Position numbers and translations under genes: made by a program. Positions 57,681-64,000 of a stretch of 64,000 bases of DNA are shown here, in pieces. The stretch is from Paraspadella gotoi (lineage: Eukaryota > Animalia > Chaetognatha), in assembly GCA_051294375.1 (NCBI GenBank), contig CM119267.1:14439694-14503693 (forward strand). The letters run 5' to 3'. A model generated the notes under the pieces. That model saw only the letters and a program-made list of their open reading frames with translations, searched no databases and had not been told where the DNA came from. How positions within the stretch are numbered: the stretch's first letter is position 1; the number at the start of each line of letters is the position of its first letter.

Positions 57681-59943
57681 ATGAAGCCTGGTCCACGTCG
57701 ACCGAAAACAAAATTCTTGCCTTCGGACGTAAGTACATGGTGACAATTTTATAAGCGCCGCTAGAAAAGAGCTGTCATTCGAAAACGCGTTAAAAATGAG
57801 TTTAAAAATTTATTTCATTGGGTAGGGGAGACAAAAATTATTTTGACTAGAAACAACCAACAATAAATACCGCGAAATAGTTTAAATAGAATATTTAAAG
57901 CAGCTCCCCCGCTTGGTAAAAACAAATTTTAGCTCTTCTCTTTACCGACTGAGCAGCTCAACGAACTTCATCTTCCGGCAATGACGCCGCGATCTCGTCT
58001 ACCCGCTGCTGAAGCGTGAACACTTCCTGCTTGTTCTTTCGCGACTCGGGGTATCTTGACTTCATCTAAAAGTGCACCATGAAACTTCGACTGATGAAGT
58101 TGGATTCCCAGCCCAATTGAAAATCATCCATTTCGCTTCCTCCAGAGTGAAGGACGAATTCGATCGCCCTAATTGGCAGCTCATTCTGGTGTGAAAAAAA
58201 ATATAAATAACCAAAAAATTATAGGTAAACAAATGGTTTAGGTCTTGCCTGTATAATGAAAATCTCAGGATAAAAAAATTCTTATGCATTTTTGAATGAC
58301 AGCTCTTTTCTACCGGCGCTTATAAAATTGTCACCATGTAGTATCAAACTTCATATAACATTTGATTTATGAATGTACTTATTTTTGTTTGGTATCAGGT
58401 AATTAATGAAATCGTCACCAGTTCTGAGCAATATTTAAGCAGTATATTGCAAGATGTCGATGCTTTGTCTTCTCAAGAAACAGATACTGAAAAATTAAAG
58501 AAATTAAAGAATATTCGAGAAAATATCATTAAACAACGAGCGAACTTTCGCATCTTATCTAAGCAAATTAGTGTTGATGTTGATTATATTTTTGGTTCAG
58601 ACAGTGGAGTGGTCATTGATTATCAAAATCCTTTCTTAATTATGCCAAATAAGCTTGTAGCACATTTTACTGAAGAACTTCAAGGTTGGTCTCTTCATGT
58701 TGAAAGACCTGAGATGTTTCATCTTGCACATGTGAACTTTAAACATACTAATCGACGCTTCCTAGTTGATTGTGTGGTGACACTAATTCAACGTCCAGCT
58801 CAACCCGAGACCATCTTTGTCAGTGTCGTTTATTTGAACGATGAAAATGAGAAACAAGTCTCGAAACCACAAAAAATAACTCTATCTCAAAATGACCTCT
58901 CTATCACTCTTTTGCCCTTACTCAAGTATTTCGAATCAAAACGTTTTGTTTTAGATAATATACATAGTAAAAAAAATGAACTCCCTCATATTCAAGACAC
59001 TCATATTAAAATGGAAACAACTGATGTATCGGAAAATCAGTATGATACAAAAAGAATAAGAACCTCAAGGTTCTCAGAGGGTTTTTTGAGGGAAGTTTTG
59101 GGTGACACTGACATTGAAGATGAAGAAATGGAAAAGGCACTGACGAGAGTTAAAGAAGCTGAAGAGAGAGATGATGAAACTTTTACTTTAGAGAAGGAAA
59201 GATTGATCACCGAAGATGACGAAGCAAAAGAAGATAAAAATGATTTACACATTGGTTCATGCCGTTTATGCCAAGAAGATTTAACGATAAAACAGAGTTT
59301 GGATCATATTCGGTTGTATCACAAAGAGAAAATAAATGAATATTACAAATGCCCTGTGTGTGGTAAGACAGTTGCGTCGATGCTGTATCATGTCAAAACT
59401 TACCATACTGCTACTCTTCATTGTGATGTATGCCTTAAATCATTTACCACAAAAACTGGATTGAAAACGCACAGAATGTTGGCTCATTTTCAAGGAGACT
59501 TGAAATTTAAATGTGACTTATGTGCAAAAAGATTTCTAACAAAACTTAGTTTAGAGGGACATGTTAGAATGATACACATGAAACAAAAACGCCACGTTTG
59601 TTATATATGTGGGGTGAGATTTCGAGCGGCTGTACAGCTTAAGGTCCATCTAACGAATGTTCATCAGCTGTTTGAAAAAGAATTCGATTGTCATTTTTGT
59701 GGAAAGAAATTTGCAACTGCCAAGTACTTAACCGATCACTTATATATGCACGGCGAAAATCGCGATTATAAATGTGACATTTGTTCAAAAAGTTTTAAAA
59801 CAACAAAGGGTCTTACTCAGCATAAAGTAAGCCATAAACCGCCGAAACACATGTGTAAATTCTGTGGAAAAATGTTCCTTTATCCGCAGGGTATGAGGAC
59901 ACATGTAAAAAATGTACATCTGATAATTCCCAAAACTGATTAA
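57681..59943 (+). CDS. C2H2 zinc-finger protein, paralog 1 (exons 57681-57728, 58399-59943)
   Basis: About 8 C2H2 fingers; micro-exon MKPGPRRPKTKFLPSD shared with paralog 2. Confidence 0.88.
57736..58338 (-). mobile_element. Internally deleted Tc1/mariner-superfamily transposon
   Basis: TA|catggtgacaattttataagcgcc..tagaaaagagctgtcattc TIRs|TA. The minus strand retains a transposase-like N-terminus (FTLEEAKWMI) and C-terminus (LQQRVDEIAASLPEDEVR*AAQSVKRRAKIC..GSCFKY). Confidence 0.8.
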
Positions 59944-60294
59944 TTTTATGCTATGGCTTTTTCAAAACAAACTTGACGAATCTGTTAAAAATATGCTTAG
60001 ACGACTTAAACTAATTTTTCGTGAGCGGATTTTTTCCTTTAAAATGATAATCCTATACTCTTCCTAAAATAAAAATTGTAAAATATTTGGTTTTTCATGT
60101 TTTTAAATTTATTAACATTTTATGTAATTTTTCTTTTGGATTTGATATTTTTTAATTTTTTAATTCTTTGCTTAATTGTTTTGGTTGATACAAGTCTATA
60201 TTTGATATTGAAAATCTTTTCATAGTGACTTTTTTAATGTGTGCTCAATAAATTTTTTCGAAAATCAAATTCGTTTTGTTCTTTTCTAGCCACA

Positions 60295-61979
60295 ATGAAG
60301 CCGGGTCCACGTAGGCCAAAGACAAAGTTTTTGCCACATGAGGTTAGTTCATATGTTAAAAGCTATTGAATTTTTTAAAAAAATTTTATTTATTTCTGAA
60401 GGTCATCGATGAAATGGTTACAGCGTCTTCCCAATATTTTCATAATATTTTGCAAGCTGTGGACGCCTTGGGCACTCAAGAGACAGACTCAGAAAAAATA
60501 AAAAAATTAAATGATATTCGTGAAAATACAATTAAACAACGGGCGAACTTTCGTATTCTCTCTAAGCAAATAAGTGATGATATTGATTATATATTTGGTC
60601 AGGATGATGTAGTGGCAGTTGAACATCATAATATTTTTTCAACAATGCCAAATAAACTGACACCACACTTTTCTGGTGATCTTAAAGGTTGGTCTCTCCA
60701 TTTAGAAAGACCTGAAATGTTTCATTTGGCTCATGTAAATTACAAGCCTTCTTGCAGGGAGTTCGTTGTTGACTGTGTGGTAACTTTCATTCAGCGGCCT
60801 TCCCAACCAGATGTTGTTTTTATTAATGCTATTTATCTGGATGAAGACAATGAGAGACAATTTCCTAAGGCACACAAACTAACACTATCAAATAAAGATT
60901 TTTCATTAACTCTTCTTCCCCTACTCAAACATCTTGAAACAAAACGTTTTGTTTTTGATAATAGTGAAAAGCCCCCGCAAGTTTTTTCTGACAACGACGT
61001 GTATATAAAAGAAGAACCTAAAGAACAGGTATCTAGTACCCATACAAACTTTAAACGGAAAAGAGCTTCACGATTTTCGAAAGAGTTTTTACGAGAGGCT
61101 ATGGGAGACTCAGATATTGAAGATGAAGAAATGGCGAAAGCTTTAAAAAGAAAGCGAGAGGCGTCAGAACGTAAGGATAAAACTTTTATATTAGCAGACA
61201 ATCACGGGTCTAAAGATGACAATGACTTTAATGATTCTCATGATCATATCTACGTTGGAGTATGTCGTCTATGCGGCATGGATTTAACCTTTAAGTTAAG
61301 CATTGATCATATTCGTTTGAATCACAAAGATCAGATAGACGAGTACTATAAATGCCCTGTTTGCGGGGAATCCTCTACATCAATGGTGTATCATATCAAA
61401 AGAGTTCATGTTTCTTCCTTTTCTTGTGATATTTGCCAGAAGTTATTTGCCACACAAACTGGAGTGGAAAAACATAGAACGATGGCGCATTTCCGTGATC
61501 AATTACAATTTCAGTGTGAATTATGTGCTAATCGTTTTGAAACCCAAAAAGATGTCAATTTTCACGTTAAAACTACACATAATAAAGATAAGCGACATGT
61601 TTGCCATGTTTGTGGAACTCGATTTTATGCACCAAGTAAGCTTAAAATTCATCTCATAAATGTTCATCAGCTATTTGAAAAGGAATATGGGTGTCATTTA
61701 TGTGAAAAAAAATTCGCTGGACAAAAATCACTTGCTTATCACTTTAAATCCCATAGTGAAAGGCGCGAATACAAATGCGATGTTTGCCCAAAAATGTTTA
61801 AAACGAATACAAATCTTAAGCAACATAAAATTAGTCATAAACCTCCAAAACATGAATGTAAGTTTTGTGGGAAAATGTTTCTTTACCCCCAAGGTATGCG
61901 GTTTCATGTGAAACATGTTCATCATGAATCTGTAGAGAGTGGTCCTCCTCTAGTAAATCCACATATTCATGATAGATAA
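60295..61979 (+). CDS. C2H2 zinc-finger protein, paralog 2 (exons 60295-60342, 60402-61979)
   Basis: Collinear with paralog 1 along its whole length. Confidence 0.88.
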
Positions 61980-62220
61980 AAATGTGACTTTTGTTGTTAT
62001 ATTGTTTCAATTTCGTTTTGATAATAATTTCGTTGGTATTATTTTTAGTACATTAAATTAAATAGTGTATTTAGTTTTATGATAAAATTATGATATTACG
62101 CTTTATTAAATTTGCGTTATTTTCCTTAGGTTTGCAAAATTCTTAAAAATAAGTTTAAAAAAAAAAAAAAGTGGAATAAAACGTTTCTAACATTTCGAGA
62201 ACCCATACATATCTTTTGCA

Positions 62221-63645
62221 ATGCTACGCGAAAACTTGTCATCTCATTTTTCAACAGATTTTGAAGGGTGGGCTCTTCACGTTAAAGATTCCGATGTTTA
62301 TTATTTGGCTCATGTCAGCTTTAATCGGACTGGTAGTTTTTGCATCCTGGTAGATTGTGTCGTAACGCTAATTCCACAAAAATTAAATCCGGAAACCATT
62401 TTGGTCGAAGCCATGTATGTTGATGAATTTCATGAACAGCATTTTCTAAAAAGTGAAACAATTAACTTGGCTAAAAATGAGTTTTCTCTATCGCTTTTGA
62501 CACTGCTTAAAAATCTAGAAAAAAGGAATTTTCTAGTGGAAAATAAGAGTCACGACTTTGAAAAAAAAGCAATAAGTTGTGAGTCTGACGCAATTTCCAA
62601 ACGGGTTCATTCCCATCATGATGTGATTGAAACGAAGTTTTCGATTTTAGAACATAAATCAAAAATATTCAAGGAAAAAAACCTTGTCATCAAGCAAGAG
62701 CCACTCAGTCGTAAGGAGCAAGATAGTCCAGCACGGAAACGAATTTCCAGGTTCTCCAAAGAATATTTAGCTGAAGCTTTAAACGATTCCGGTTCAGAAA
62801 AGGAAGACAAATCAGTTGTTTATAAAAATAAAAGGTTAAAGAAAATAAGGAAGTTGAAGGAGGACGACAAGCCTTTCACAATCCCCGGAAAGAAGATCTT
62901 GTATAACGAACTATCTTGCAATGACACATTTATTGGTCCCTGTCGCCTATGTCGCTTAGAATTAACTGTTAAAGACGCTGTTGATCATCATCGATTGCAT
63001 CACGAGGATCAGGTCAGCGAACATTACAAGTGTCCAATATGCGGAAAGACTGCGATGGCCATGTCTTATCACGTCCGAAAATTTCACGCTTCTAAACTTG
63101 AAAAGTGTGACCTTTGCAACAAATCGTTTGTGACCAAAACGGGAATAGAAAAACATAGAAAACGAGTTCATTTCCCTGAGAACCTTGAATTTAAATGCGA
63201 AATTTGCTTAAAGAAGTATGTTACTAAAAAACATTTGGAAATTCACGTTAAACTAGTTCACAAACGAGTAAGGGATTATATGTGTTACATATGCGGCGCC
63301 GGTTACGTCACTCCATCAAAGTTAAAAAGACACTTCATTAATGTGCACCATCTTTTTGAAAAACAACACGAGTGTAGTTTTTGCGGAAAAAAATTTGCTG
63401 AAGAAGAGGGACTCCGGCGTCATTTGATGACGCATAGCGATATATGTGAATATGAATGTTCCACTTGTGGGAAAACCTTCAAAACTCCAGGCAACTTGAA
63501 GCAGCACAAAGTTTGTCATGATCCTCCAAAACATGTATGTCTGTATTGTGGAAAAAAGTTTCTTTATTCCCAAGGTATGAGATTTCATGTGAAGCATGTT
63601 CACAAAGATGTAATAATTACTGATCCAGGAAAGAAGAAATTGTAA
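62221..63645 (+). CDS. C2H2 zinc-finger protein, paralog 3 (lacks the N-terminal segment)
   Basis: Shares GWALH..YLAHV..LVDCVVTLI, SRFSKE and the same finger array. Confidence 0.86.
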   Translation: MLRENLSSHFSTDFEGWALHVKDSDVYYLAHVSFNRTGSFCILVDCVVTLIPQKLNPETILVEAMYVDEFHEQHFLKSETINLAKNEFSLSLLTLLKNLEKRNFLVENKSHDFEKKAISCESDAISKRVHSHHDVIETKFSILEHKSKIFKEKNLVIKQEPLSRKEQDSPARKRISRFSKEYLAEALNDSGSEKEDKSVVYKNKRLKKIRKLKEDDKPFTIPGKKILYNELSCNDTFIGPCRLCRLELTVKDAVDHHRLHHEDQVSEHYKCPICGKTAMAMSYHVRKFHASKLEKCDLCNKSFVTKTGIEKHRKRVHFPENLEFKCEICLKKYVTKKHLEIHVKLVHKRVRDYMCYICGAGYVTPSKLKRHFINVHHLFEKQHECSFCGKKFAEEEGLRRHLMTHSDICEYECSTCGKTFKTPGNLKQHKVCHDPPKHVCLYCGKKFLYSQGMRFHVKHVHKDVIITDPGKKKL

Positions 63646-64000
63646 CTAGAGATTGCCACTAGGATTGTGCTTGTTGCAACGGTTATTTAGGAGAAAAACT
63701 CGATAATAACCTTTCGATTCGTTGTGTTATGAGATTAGCAAAGAGAATTTGTCATTTGAAGACATTTGAAGACTCGAAATCCAAAGGAGTTGAAACATGT
63801 CCAATTGATTATTAAAAACTTTGTTGTAAAATTACTCGCGGAGCAACTTTTCGGTCGGCATGTCAGTCCGTCGGTCTGTCCCACTTACTTTAAAAACGCT
63901 TATCACTTGCTTATAGTTTGTTGCTCATTGTTAAAAATAAAATCTAAGCGACTAATTTTGTTTTTAAAGAAATCTGATAAACTATAAGGAATAAATGATA

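Noticed and set aside
58085-58140. Hammerhead-like CTGATGA-stem-GAAA
   Set aside because: Stem II forms, but stems I and III are at most 1-3 bp, and the site lies antisense to transposase remnants.

Overview
Gene-dense, intron-containing eukaryotic DNA, almost certainly an invertebrate animal (ZZEF1, NFKBIL1, Zwilch and a SOCS-box ankyrin protein are present), with GC-richer exons and AT-rich introns and spacers. I can reconstruct 23 protein-coding genes and all 23 lie on the + strand: GUK1, ATP6V1G, NFKBIL1, MTMR9, TRMT6, PDE12, ZZEF1, an ASB protein, a divergent POLRMT, a PGK-GAPDH fusion, mARC, DPM3, RRP7A, SWEET, POMP, ZWILCH, EIF3K, RPL19, BCAP31, METTL6 and three tandem C2H2 zinc-finger paralogs. 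Many stop-to-start spacers are only about 30-290 nt and have a pyrimidine-rich AG just before the ATG, which suggests a long polycistronic cluster resolved by SL trans-splicing. The strongest oddities are: an in-frame, single-exon junction fusing full-length PGK to GAPDH; an unidentified, highly structured ~270-nt element in an ATP6V1G intron; a mitochondrial-type RNA polymerase that appears to lack the promoter-specificity loop; and a DPM3/RRP7A pair with no acceptor between them. Introns and spacers carry nested non-autonomous transposons (HINE/DINE-like, CAC..GTG TIR, Tc1/mariner, solo LTRs, a tRNA-derived SINE, foldbacks). Exon coordinates were read by eye. Homology calls come from recognised motifs, not from database searches.
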